A DNA stretch of 64,000 nt, from the NCBI RefSeq assembly GCF_009914755.1, contig NC_060944.1; one strand, 5' to 3'. The notes below the pieces were generated by a model that saw only the letters and a list, made by a program, of their open reading frames with translations, had not been told where the DNA came from and made no database searches. Numbering within the stretch: the stretch's first letter is position 1; the number at the start of each line of letters is the position of its first letter. A program made the translations under genes and the position numbers. This stretch comes from the human T2T-CHM13v2.0 reference genome, Homo sapiens. Shown piece after piece: positions 29,789-42,189 of the stretch.

Positions 29789-31715
29789 TCTCATAACCAA
29801 ACCCTTTTCTTCCATTGCAAAAAGCACTGACATTTTCTGCTATCCTTTGGAACCTGGACTGAAACAGCTTGAAAGAGATACAGTGTGGGTTCTCCAACAA
29901 TGGGGATGTGTTGCATTATACAAGGGGATTGACCATGGCTAGGAGCAGGGGCAGAGTGGACTGCAGTTTCTGCCTGTTCTCCAGTGCCTTCAGTATACAT
30001 ATGATATATATGTATGTGTGTATTCATGTCACTATTGCTTAGAATCAGCTTCAAGGCAGCTCCACAGTTCAAATCTTCAATTTGATAGTTGTCTTAGTTG
30101 TGTGACTCTGGGACAGTTTTCTGAAGTATAAAATGAATAGAGTAATTCCTATCTTATAAAATCATTATGAGTAATAAATAAGAGAGTGAATGTAGTAGTC
30201 ATACAATCAATGCAAGTTTACTCTCCCCACTTCAGCCCTAAATGAGCACGTGGCTAATTGTCAGATATAGACGATTAAGTCTGTCAGAATCACATGAGGA
30301 GTTTTTGTTTGTTTGTTTTTGGTTTTTAATGGAGCATTGCAAGATTCTCAGAGGAGATTCCGTAGTTGGGCAGGGATGGAGCTGAGATATTTAATGATCT
30401 TCCCCATGGAATATTTCTCAGACAGCTCAGCTATTTTTCCAGTCAAATTGATGATATACTTTCCTTTGCTTCTGCTGAAAATATTCAAGCATTTTCTGAA
30501 CAATGGTTATATTCTGACTAATTTGCTGTAGCAGTTCCAGTGTCTATTTAAGGAAACAATAAATAAAAAACAGTATCATAAAACTATTTATAATAACAAC
30601 AATAAATTCAATAGCATATAATTTATTGTTGAAGTTTCCTAGCAGGACTGAATGCAAAGCTGTAAGAGTATGTACAGAAATAACTTGGAGTTTGGAGTAC
30701 ATACACAGAAGTTTATTAAAAGGAGACCAAACTAATGTACAATTGAGCATGGGAACCAAATTGTAAACAGATCCACAATTTCTTACTTTACTTACCAGAT
30801 TCTGCTTATATTATGTAAATAACCCCCTAAAGAAGACACAGCCATAAGTGAGGCAGGGTATAATGAACTAACTTTGGTGTTGCTTGGTAGCCATTGACCG
30901 TGAGGAATATATACAATAGAGTGCCTGTTCCAAGCATATTTCCTGTAAATTGCCTGTTTTCTTCTTGAAAGTCTCATTTCTTCTTATACCTGTTTTCTTC
31001 TTGAAAGTCTCGTTAGTATCTGCATAACTTGGTGACCAGTAAGTGGATTAGCGGTGCCTTTCAAAGTGGATTACTGTTCCTTATACATTTAATTAAAGTG
31101 GACCTCATTCTATCATCCTTAAGAGCAAAATTATGTAGAGAGAAATTGCGTATGTGCAGACATTGACTACAAATATGTCTCCCCCTTGGGTCCTTAATGT
31201 GATCTAGTTGGCTGCAGAGATCAAAATTTCTGGAATACCATACAAATTCTGTGCTTTTTCTCCTGAGAATAGTGGTTTCAGCTCCTCCATGAGTGGGAAG
31301 AGGTGTGCAGGGTCATGTCCCTGAAATAATATGGATCTCACACTTTCTCATAATGTTCCACTTGTAAGTCATATTGTTAAATGGAAAAAAAAATTAATAT
31401 CCTTTTCAAGTTGATAAACTTGAAAAGGGAGAAGTCGATCAGGATATTTCTCTGCCTTATAGATATACTCAGGTCATTAAGCCCATTATCATCAGAAAAT
31501 ACCATCTCAGGACTTGTTCGTGCCAAAAACTTCAAAAGAAATTATTTTATACATGGGCTAACTTAATGCTCTGGTTGCCAGCTGGGTTTCCGTTCTACGT
31601 AGCTGATCTTACAATAGAAAACATTTTAGCCCTGAGCCATTTTATGCCCTGAAATGCACTTACTGCCTGACTTTGTTCGTAAAGACAATAGCAAATGACC
31701 ATAAAATTGCTACCC

Positions 31716-31909
31716 CAGTGGTCTGCAACTGTGGCTACCCATTAGAATCACCTGGAAAACAATGTAAAAATCGCATGCCTGGGCCTCACTCAGAAATTCT
31801 AATTTGACTAGTCTGGAATGGGGCCCAGGAATAGTAAATTTTTTTTTTTTTTCAAAGCACCATTGATAATTCTACAGTCAAGGTAGAGAGCTAAGGTAGA
31901 GCGCCACTG
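31716..31909. mobile_element. MER5B
   Basis: cagtggtctgcaactgtggctacccattagaatcacctgg...ggggcccagg...ccactg terminal repeat. Confidence 0.7.
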
Positions 31910-31922
31910 TTCTCTCCAATTC

Positions 31923-33738
31923 TTTTTTTTTTTTTTTTTTTTTAATTTATTTTTTTATTGATAATTCTTGGGTGTTTCTCACAGAGGGGGATTTGGCAGG
32001 GTCATGGGACAATAGTGGAGGGAAGGTCAGCAGATAAACAAGTGAACAAAGGTCTCTGGTTTTCCTAGGCAGAGGACCCTGCGGCCTTCCGCAGTGTTTG
32101 TGTCCCTGATTACTTGAGATTAGGGATTGGTGATGACTCTTAACGAGCATGCTGCCTTCAAGCATCTGTTTAACAAAGCACATCTTGCACCGCCCTTAAT
32201 CCATTTAACCCTGAGTGGACACAGCACATGTTTCAGAGAGCACAGGGTTGGGGGTAAGGTCACAGATCAACAGGATCCCAAGGCAGAGGAATTTTTCTTA
32301 GTGCAGAACAAAATGAAAAGTCTCCCATGTCTACTTCTTTCTACACAGACACGGCAACCATCCGATTTCTCAATCTTTTCCCCACCTTTCCCGCCTTTCT
32401 ATTCCACAAAGCCACCATTGTCATCCTGGCCCATTCTCAATGAGCTGTTGGGCACACCTCCCAGAAGGGGTGGTGGCCGGGCAGAGGGGCTCCTCACTTC
32501 CCAGTAGGGGCGGCCGGGCAGAGGCGCCCCTCACCTCCCGGACGGGGCGGCTGGCCGGGCAGGGGGGCCGACCCCCCCCCCACCTCCCTCCCGGACGGGG
32601 CGGCTGACCGGGCGGGGGGCCGACCCCCCCACCTCCCTCCCGGACGGGGCGGCTGGCCGGGCAGAGGGGCTCCTCACTTCCCAGTAGGGGCGGCCGGGCA
32701 GAGGTGCCCCTCACCTCCCAGACGGGGCGGCTGGCCGGGCGGAGGGCTGACCCCCCCACCTCCCTCCCGGACGGGGCGGCTGGCCAGGCGGGGGGCTGAC
32801 CCCCCTACCTCCCTACCGGACGGGGTGGCTGGCCGGGTGGGGGGGCTGACCCCCCCATCTCCCTCCCGGACGGGGTGGCTGGCCGGGCTGAGGGGCTCCT
32901 CACTTCCCAGTAGGGGCGGCCGGGCAGAGGCGCCCCTCACCTCCCGAACGGGGCGGCTGGCCGGGCGGGGGGCTGACCCCCCCACCTCCCTCCCGGATGG
33001 CACGGCTGGCCAGGCGGGGGGCTGACCCCCCCACCTCCCTCCCGGATGGCACGGCTGGCCGGGCGGGGGGGCTTACCCCCCACCTCCCTCCCGGATGGGG
33101 CGGCTGGCCGGGCGGGGGGCTGACCCCCCCCACCTCCCTCCCCGACGGGGTGGCTGCCGGGCGGAGACGCTCCTCACTTCCCAGATGGGGTGGCTGCCGG
33201 GCGGAGAGGCTCCTCACTTCTCAGACGGGGCAGCTGCCGGGCGGAGGGGCTCCTCACTTCTCAGACGGGGTGGTTGCCAGGCAGAGGGTCTCCTCACTTC
33301 TCAGACGGGGCGGCCGGGCAGAGACGCTCCTCACCTCCCAGACGGGGTCTCGGCCGGGCAGAGGCGCTCCTCACATCCCAGATGGGGCGGCGGGGCAGAG
33401 GCGCTCCCCACATCTCAGACGATGGGCGGCCGGGCAGAGACGCTCCTCACTTCCTAGATGTGATGGCGGCTGGGAAGAGGCGCTCCTCACTTCCTAGATG
33501 GGATGGCGGCCGGGCGGAGACGCTCCTCACTTTCCAGACTGGGCAGCCAGGCAGAGGGGCTCCTCACATCCCAGACGATGGGCGGCCAGGCAGAGACACT
33601 CTTCACTTCCCAGACGGGGTGGCAGCCGGGCAGAGGCTGCAATCTCGGCACTTTGGGAGGCCAAGGCAGGCGGCTGCTCCTTGCCCTCGGGCCCCGCGGG
33701 GCCCGTCCGCTCCTCCAGCCGCTGCCTCCCGGGCGGTG
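31923..33738 (-). mobile_element. SVA_F1 retrotransposon (5'-truncated): MAST2 exon-1 piece, Alu-like remnant, VNTR, SINE-R, polyA
   Basis: Antisense polyA with tttatt signal, SINE-R ~31960-32450, GC-rich VNTR ~32450-33620, Alu-like remnant to 33673; 16-bp TSD ctctccaattcttttt at 31912-31927 and 33739-33754. Confidence 0.97.
33674..33738 (-). other. MAST2: Transduced MAST2 exon-1 fragment fused to the SVA splice acceptor
   Basis: Translates as APPGRQRLEERTGPAGPEGKEQ, matching the MAST2 N-terminus as I recall it; joined at GGAGCAG|CCGCCTGCCTTGGCC. Confidence 0.9.
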
Positions 33739-34034
33739 CTCTCCAATTCTTTTTCTCTCTGGGGTTTGCAAAAGTGAGACTTTGCACGTTTCAATAAGAT
33801 AAAATCTTTCTTTCTTGACTTTTTGGGTTAATTACCCTAAAGAACATTTTTACCTAGACTAAGGAAAACATCTACCTGTTGCATCTAACTTTGCCTTTAT
33901 CCCTTGGCTTTCCAAATGGCAATGGGCAAGGTAGGCAAAAAGGGAGCCGAGGGGCAGAGCACTTGGGAGGAGAGTCCAGGATTTCCTCATTCCTGCTGCA
34001 GGTAAGTCAAGATCAATGACAGGAGAAGGGAGAG

Positions 34035-34240
34035 AATAAGGCGGGATGCTACTGTTCTAATAGGCATCAGAGGAGACTGGTTTTGGGGCGGGGGGGTTAG
34101 CTGGGAGGGGAGAATCCAACAATAAAGAATGACCAAGTGGAAAATGGCTGCAGGGTTAAAGACAGCCTGCAGACATTGGTGACCACGCCCACTGGGTGGA
34201 CCACGTGACCCATTTCCCCTCCCCAACCCCACCCCCAGAG
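34035..34240. promoter_or_regulatory. Promoter-like TF motif cluster
   Basis: GC box 34085, YY1-like AAAATGGCTGC 34141, ATTGG 34175, KLF CCACGCCCA 34183, USF E-box CCACGTGACC 34201. Confidence 0.4.
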
Positions 34241-34399
34241 CTGTTAATGACTTGTTTCTAACTTCTGCTTCTTTAATTGTAACAGAGTTAGCAAAGCCCC
34301 CAGCTTCCTAGGCTTGTGCCCTAACAGGACACTTTGCATAAGTCTATCATGTGCTTTTATCTCACACATACACAAAATCTTTACCTTAAAGATTGGATT

Positions 34400-34742
<343 letters not shown>

Positions 34743-34779
34743 CTAACAATGGCTTCTCTGTGAGGCACACCTGAGAAAG

Positions 34780-35195
34780 CACAAAGATAATGCAAATGAG
34801 ACTCATCTCGAGGCATTGGTGATGCTGAGCAACAAATTTAGTTCTGATTCAAGGTTTACCAGAAATAGCAAAACGCTGCCAAGGGGTGTTCCCTCAGAGA
34901 GGTCAAGACGATCAACACTGCCTCCAAATGTTGGTTTTCTCCTGCACCAGGATTGTTCTGGTTCAGATTTCCCATGTGAGCTTTAAGAACTGCATGTTGT
35001 ACATGACTTGAACAGAGGAGCCAACTCAGCTATGGAGCATCTCCTTTTTCTACCTATGCCTTTTTCTACCTTACCTAGGATGGCACCCGATATAACACAA
35101 AGACAATGCAAATGAGATTCAACATGAATCACTGGTCATACCTAGGACCAAGTTTACTTTTGATTCAAACTTGATGAGCAATAGCAAGACACAGC
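34780..35195 (+). repeat. Diverged ungapped ~100-bp direct repeat (34780-34879 and 35096-35195)
   Basis: Manual alignment 74/100 identical, no gaps, offset 316 bp. Confidence 0.85.
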
Positions 35196-36666
35196 AATTA
35201 CATAGCCATGTGACATTTTCCAGTGAGCTGTGTCTCATATATCCATAGATTTCAGGTTTATTTACAATAAACAACTGACACAGACTGGGTATATATCCTG
35301 CTAAAAGTAGTTCATAGTTGAGAACTCTTCTTTATCTTTCTGCTAGTAAACACCATTTGTGGTTTGCAGGAAGTCTGCTTACTCATGAGTTTGCAAGGGA
35401 ATTTTCCTGGTTCATTTCTTTCTTTCCCAGGTGTCCCAAGTAAAGGCCAAAATTAGGTGTCAGGCCTGCTGCTAACCTTTACCCTTCTGTCATCTGACAA
35501 ATTTTTAAAAACACACCCATACCCATTGACGTCTTTACTTCACGAGAAACAACTCTAGCGGTCAGGGCAAGATTCTTCTTCTCTGAGTATGGGAAATTCA
35601 AAACTCAGAAAAATTAAATGAGTACTCTAGGATCTTAAAGCAAGTTGGGGATAAAGCAGCTTGAGAAATTCAGCCCTTGCTTCATAATATTCTGTGTTAT
35701 ACTTTTCCTTATGGGTCATGATTCTTTCCCAAGAACAAGATGTAAGTCACCCTTGAAACTCATATATGTATACATATGAATAAACCATTTCAGAAGCACT
35801 GTTTTAAATAATCATCCCTGTGTAATGTACTATGTGCTGTTGTAACTAGTGAGAGCAATAAATCCTACAGCTCTGAGCTTCATGGGTGACAGAGGAGCTA
35901 ACAGATGTCTTTCCAGCCACTATTTCCAGGGAGAAGGGGACAGCCCTTTGGGTTGCAATAATAATGATCTATTATTTTATGCAAACTTGATAGTTCATCA
36001 TTTAGCATATGTAGCATGTTCTTCCTGTATTCATCTTTGAGTCTTTGGTGCCAGCCATAATATACCCTGCACATAGAAGGTGCATATTAAACACTTTTGT
36101 TGGACTAAATCATCTATATTTGGAAATTCAAAATAAACTTTTGAAGTGGGCAGTTCAGAAATAATTATCTTCACCATGCAAATGAAGGAAGTAATGCTTA
36201 AGAAAATTAAATAGCATTTCCAAGTTCACAGCTAGTAGGTATCCAAATCAGGTCTCATAACCAGATCTCTAAGAAGGTTCTCCTTCCCTCCTTCTAGGGC
36301 ATGTGAATACTACAGCCATGCCTTCTTGCTTATTTTTACAAGGCCAAGGTCAGCATTGCTACTCAATAATGTCTTCAATGCTTAGGTAACCTCTGCCTCT
36401 AATAATCCCCAGCTCAACTGTTGTCATTCAAAAGGCAGAAACTGAAAATGTTCTAGACCCTTATGGTCAATAAAGTTTCATGATGAGGAGTAAAAACTGC
36501 GCACTAAGTGCAAAGTTCCCTGCCACTAAATACCCCAGTGCTTTGAACAAGACCCTTAACCTAATAAGCCTCCTTTTCCTCAACTATAAAAGAAAGGAAA
36601 AATGAGATCCACTTATTTAGGTGGGTCTCAATACACTGGAATTATATTTTCTGTCTTCATGGTGAG

Positions 36667-37115
36667 TGTATTAGTCAGGGTTCTCTAGAGGGACAGAACT
36701 AATTTTATATATATATATGAGTTTATTAAGTATTGACTCAAATGATCACAAGATCCCACAATAGGCCATCTATAAGCTGAGGTATAAGGGAGAGCCAGTT
36801 CGAGTCCCAAAACTGAAGAACGTGGAGTTCGATGTTCAAGGGCAGGAAGCATCCAGCATGGGAGAAAGATGTAGGCTGGGGCACTAGGCCAGTCTTTTTT
36901 TTTTTTTTTTTTCACATTTTTCTGCCTGTTTTGTATTCTAGCCGCACTGGCAGCTGATTAGATGGTGCCCACCCAAATTAAAGGGTGGGTCTGCCTTTCC
37001 CAGCCCACTGACTCAAATGTTAATCTCCTTTGGCAACACCCTCACAGACACACCCAGGATCAATACTTTACAACCTTCAATCCAATCAAGTTGACACTCA
37101 GTAGTAACCATCACA
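36667..37115 (-). mobile_element. MLT2A1/A2 (HERV-L) solo LTR
   Basis: tgtattagtcagggttctctagagggacagaactaa...caatccaatcaagttgacactcagtagtaaccatcaca; TSD gtgag/gtggg. Confidence 0.92.
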
Positions 37116-37375
37116 GTGGGGCAGTTAAATTTCACTAACCGTAATATCCCCCAAGTAAATGCATGCAAGGTCATCATCTTCAACCACCTTCTGGATTAAT
37201 CTAGAGTAGGGTCAAACCTCATCTTAACTCAGGGCATGACTAACTCAGTGTTTAATCACTTTTGTGCCATTTAGATATGTCTCTTTCAATCCTTAAATTG
37301 TGGAGAAGCAGAGGACATATTTAGTACAACTTTCACTACAGGATAAACCAGAACAACACAGAGCTTCCATGAACT

Positions 37376-37415
37376 AAAACAAAACAAAACAAAACAAAAC
37401 AAAACAAAACAAAAC
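37376..37415. repeat. (AAAAC)8
   Basis: Perfect pentamer run. Confidence 0.95.
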
Positions 37416-39039
37416 CCTGCTTAAAGTTTAGCAATGAGATCAAATAAATATCCAAACATCACAAAGAAGAGGCAAACAAAATGGCAAGAATGAGAAATGG
37501 GGCAAGAGAAAAGGGAAAACAAGAAAAAAAGGAAGCGAAGAAAGAAAGAAGTCCATTGAGCTCTTGAAGTATTAGCCTGTGCTGGGCTTGTCATCCATGT
37601 TGTCACACTAGATTCTCACAATGACCCTGCGAAACAGACTTGGTTTGCATTTGACAGTTGAGGAAAATGAGGCTGAGGTGGTTACAGACTCACATTGTTC
37701 CAAGGAGGGTCAGGTGACAGACACAGATTAAGCGGGAAGGGAACGTTGAGGCCACAGAGAAGACAGGAACTGGTGGTGAACTAAAGAGGGCTCTCTGCAA
37801 TAAAAAATACAATTCCACACTCTTACCAGCTAAACTGGAGATCTTTGTTGGCCAGATTCAGCTGTGGACCGACAGTTTTTTTACCTCTGGTAAATGACAG
37901 CTGGTTCATAGAAGAACCACCCTTCAAACTTGTGCTTTGGCCACACTGGGCTGCATTTTTCATCAGCAGAGGCCAGGATCAATTTTGTCAAAGTTTATTT
38001 TATTTCTCTTCCCATTCCTAGCAGCTCAGCTGACTTAGCATTTCCAAATTCTGCAAATACTCAATCATGAACATCGTCAGACACTTGGTAAGTGAGAAAA
38101 AAGATGGAAGCGCAAGGTGTAATTTTTCTAAGACCTTTAGCTACCGGATTAAGCATGGCTGGGATAAGAAAATCAGAAGCCTTTTAGAGATTCTTGCCCT
38201 GCCCACTTATTTCAATTTTTAGAGGTGGGTGGCTCTCCCAGGAATGCCTTTGCTTAAAGTCATGATTGTCCTTCATAGCTGTCACAACTCTATACTCTTG
38301 GACAGGAAAGAAGATGACACGGTCCTAGCCCAGAAACACCACAATTAACGCACAGCTCCTCTCAGGTGCATGTCCTTATTGGCCAAAACACTGGAACCCA
38401 GTAACATGTCCTCTATGGGTTTAAGTTTTCAAATGCATGCAACTGAGCAACATGGATTTACAGGAAGGCATCTTTTAGTTCAAAGCCAAACAACATTGAC
38501 TTTCAGGTAATTCAAGTGATAAAAACAAACAAGAGCCTACATAAAAAATTCTACAGGGCTCAATAAATTGTGATTTTTATCCTAAATTTCTAGCCAACCA
38601 AGAGTCTTAGAGGTCCTCCCTCCAAATTTAGCCACAGAAGTAACAATCTGTCTACCTAGAGGCATTATTTATAAATCATTAACTCACGGTAGATACATGA
38701 GTGCATTTATTTTTATCTCTTTACTTATAATCATCAGCAAGTTAGTGTAGAAGAAAGAGACCTTGGATGTTTTGAGGGAGGTGTATAATTTCAGTGTTCT
38801 TCATTCCAGCTGCACAGCTCATACTCACAGCATCAGTTTTACACCTAGAAGATAAGGCCAATTGAAGAAAATGAATTTGAGTGGCCCTGAAACCAGCAGA
38901 GCCCAACTTGGCCAAGCAATTCCTACCTAAACATTAACTATTTGTCTGTAAGTCTAAAGGTTCCAGAGCCCAGACAAAATACAAAAATTCACAGTCATGG
39001 GCTCCATATTTTGTGCTGTCATCATTGAAAAGGTTGTGA

Positions 39040-39350
<311 letters not shown>

Positions 39351-39666
39351 GGTGTGAAAGGCACATTTCCTATGAGAAAATGTAGCTTTTATGATGCAGG
39401 TCTTGTCTTCTTCTCCTCCTGATTATAGGCACAAAACAAGATATTAGTGAGCAGACAGTTTATTAGAGTTCATTATACACTGATTTACGTTGACATGCTA
39501 GATGTGTTTTATACGATCTCCTGAGCCTTCCCGCCTGCCTAACGTAAGCAAAAATTATTTGTAATTAAGCTATTCATTAAAACAAACATCATCAGTGAAT
39601 GCGTACTATGTGCCAAAACTTACATCAATTCCTTTGTATCCATCGTTTCACTAAAACATCACAGCA

Positions 39667-39967
39667 GGCCAGGTGCAGTGGCTCGCGCTTGTAATCCCAG
39701 CATTTTGAGGCCAAGCCGGGCAGATCATTTGAAGCCAAAAGTTGGAGACCAGTCTGGCCAACATGGCAAAACCCTATCCCTACTAAAAATATAAAAATTA
39801 GGTGGCGTGGTCATGCACGACTGTAATCTTAGCTACTTGGGAGGCTGAGGCATGAAAATGGCTCGAACCCAGGAGGCAGAGGCTGCAGCAAGCCGAGATC
39901 ATGCCACTGCACTCCAGTCTGGGTGACAGAAGAGTGAGACTCTGTCTCAAACAAAACAAAACAAAAC
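39667..39967 (+). mobile_element. Alu (old S/J) with (AAAAC)n tail, inserted in a MIR
   Basis: Dimer; acagca on both flanks; MIR core resumes at about 39970-40135. Confidence 0.9.
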
Positions 39968-40855
39968 AGCAATTCTATAACCTAGGGGCAATTAGAATTC
40001 CAACTATGCAGATGATGAAGAAATCAGCTTTAGAGGGGTTAAGTAATTTGTCTGAAGCTACACGTCTAAAGTTTATGAGCTGGGATTTCCATCCAGGTCT
40101 TTCTGATTCCAAAACAATGTCTATCTCTAGCACTGCTCAGCTTTATTTATTTATTTTTTAATCACTTTTCTCCCTTCTCCAATTTTAGCCACAACTTTTC
40201 AGGCACCTCAGGCCAGTGCTTTAGCCATATCACAGCTCCCAAAATATATCTCCCCCAAGGCACAATCAGTTTTTCTGCAGGCAGATAATAGTGTCAGGAT
40301 TCTGACAGTGGTTACCTGACCTCTAGCATTCAAAGAAAATAAACACAAAGGAGTGACCCTTCACTGTGATACTGCCAGAGCTGTGTTGATGTGGAAGATA
40401 GTTTGGGCTTAGAAGAAATTGCAAATATGCCTACAAGGAAGGTGTTATTCAGGGTCATTTCAATGTGGTAAATCCATTGACCATTGGAACCAATTCTTAG
40501 CAAAAACCAAATGAAATGCACCTACTGAGAAATCCTGACAAGTCAATCACATTCTTCCCAAGAGTTGCTGCTAAAAATGTCTGTGACTTTGGCCAATTCT
40601 TGGTCACATGGGCAAGAAACTCCCAAAGGGGAACAAAAGTATGACAATAAGGATGAGCTTTCCTCCACGTTTTCCATACACAAACTTCTCCTATTTGGAA
40701 ATGGGCTCCGTGGGTGATATAAGGAACAAAACTCTGAAGTCAGAGAGGACAGGTTGTAAATACCAGCTCAGACATTTACTCGTGTGACCTTGGGCAGGAA
40801 AGTGACTTCGTCTCACTATATTCTTTAGTTTTCTGATTTACACATCAGGGATAAT

Positions 40856-41337
40856 ATCGCAAGTTAGGTTTCCCAGAAACAGATCCTAAGATGAGAATTT
40901 GTATTACTAAGAAAGTGCTCCCAGGGGAAATTGGAACTTGAGCGGGGGATGCAGGAGGGGAAAACGGAGGAAGCTAAGCAGGTATGTAGTCTCAGGCAAA
41001 GATCCAGCAGACAGAGGATAGCTTCAGCCTAATGCTGCGGAGACCTCTGCATTGTAAATTACACCTCAGAGTTGGCCTTATCCAAAGGAGCTGGGGCCTT
41101 CACATTTCTGTATACATTAGTCATTGGTTAAGGGTGGTGGGAAAGGAGGGTAGATGTAAATTCTGAGGCACTTCCAGCTCTGCAAAGCAAACCCCACTGG
41201 TCCAAGGAAAATCTTAGGAAATAATAGCTAGAGATGCTTGCTGTTAAAAGCAAGAGCACATTCAAACCAGAGGTGCGCAAAATGGGCAAAATGGGACCCC
41301 AGGTTGTCTGAGTAAAGCACCGACATTGTCCACCACA
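40856..41337 (-). mobile_element. ERVL LTR (LTR16C/LTR33 group)
   Basis: gttaggtttcccagaaacagatcctaagatgag...tgtaaattacacctcagagttg...gcaccgacattgtccaccaca. Confidence 0.65.
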
Positions 41338-42189
41338 AGTAACCATACCTCTCTTGCTGGGTTATTATGAGCATTTATAGGACACACTCGATAAATATGC
41401 ATTACTGTTGTTGTTGCTGTTGTTTTACTAACCTTGCCCATAAAACCTTCTAAAGCAGGTCTCTCCACACTCACAGCTGACAGTCCCACTAACTGGACTT
41501 GGTGATGCCCATGTGCTGGGTTTGCCAGTGAGGATGGTGCCTGAATGCTGATTTCACATCATCAGCTCTCTCTAATTGGCTCTGTGTTTGTTGCCCAGTC
41601 TCATGACCACTGTCCTTTTGGGATCTCCTCTACTGAATCAAAAGGCCCCACTTCTTGCCAAGAGGGATGTTCTTGAGAGAGGGACGTGGCAGAAGTGCCA
41701 GGTGTGAGTGCTGCCTTCTCTCTCGGTGATACCACTGGCCTCCAGCAGGACTTGACAGTCCCAAATCCTCCTCTTATTAAATAAACCCTTGACCTTTTAA
41801 AGTTTTGCCTATTCATCTTCCTCCCCTAAGAGCAAGGGATTTCTTGGAATCCACAAAAGTGCTTCTTTTCCCTTTGTGCCTGAGGTTCTATCCCTAGAGA
41901 ACTTGTGCACCCCCTTCCTCCCTAGGGAGCTTAAGATACCCATAGGAACAATGGGGACTGCTCTTTATTTGATGAATCTTCCCTAACAACCAGCCTTTCC
42001 CAGCTGCAGGCCAGGCAAACTCATCTGTGAGGGAGCCTCCCCTCTGGGACTAATCCTCCACGTTAAAAGATTGCGCCTTTCTCCAAAGCCACCCTTTATA
42101 CACATCAGTTCACAAGAGCTGCATCTTCTCACAATGCCCGACAGCCCCCTTGGCCACACTACTCCAGGCCCTCATTTTCTGGGCTGCCA

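Noticed and set aside
32450-33620. CRISPR-like or novel repeat array
   Set aside because: No unique spacers; it is the standard SVA VNTR in a human context.
31947-33802. Many long overlapping ORFs (up to 195 aa), including a MAST2-SVA chimeric frame
   Set aside because: They arise from the GC-rich SVA VNTR. The frame holding the MAST2 peptide starts at a GTG in flanking DNA and the MAST2 ATG was lost by truncation, so this is not the MAST2 gene.
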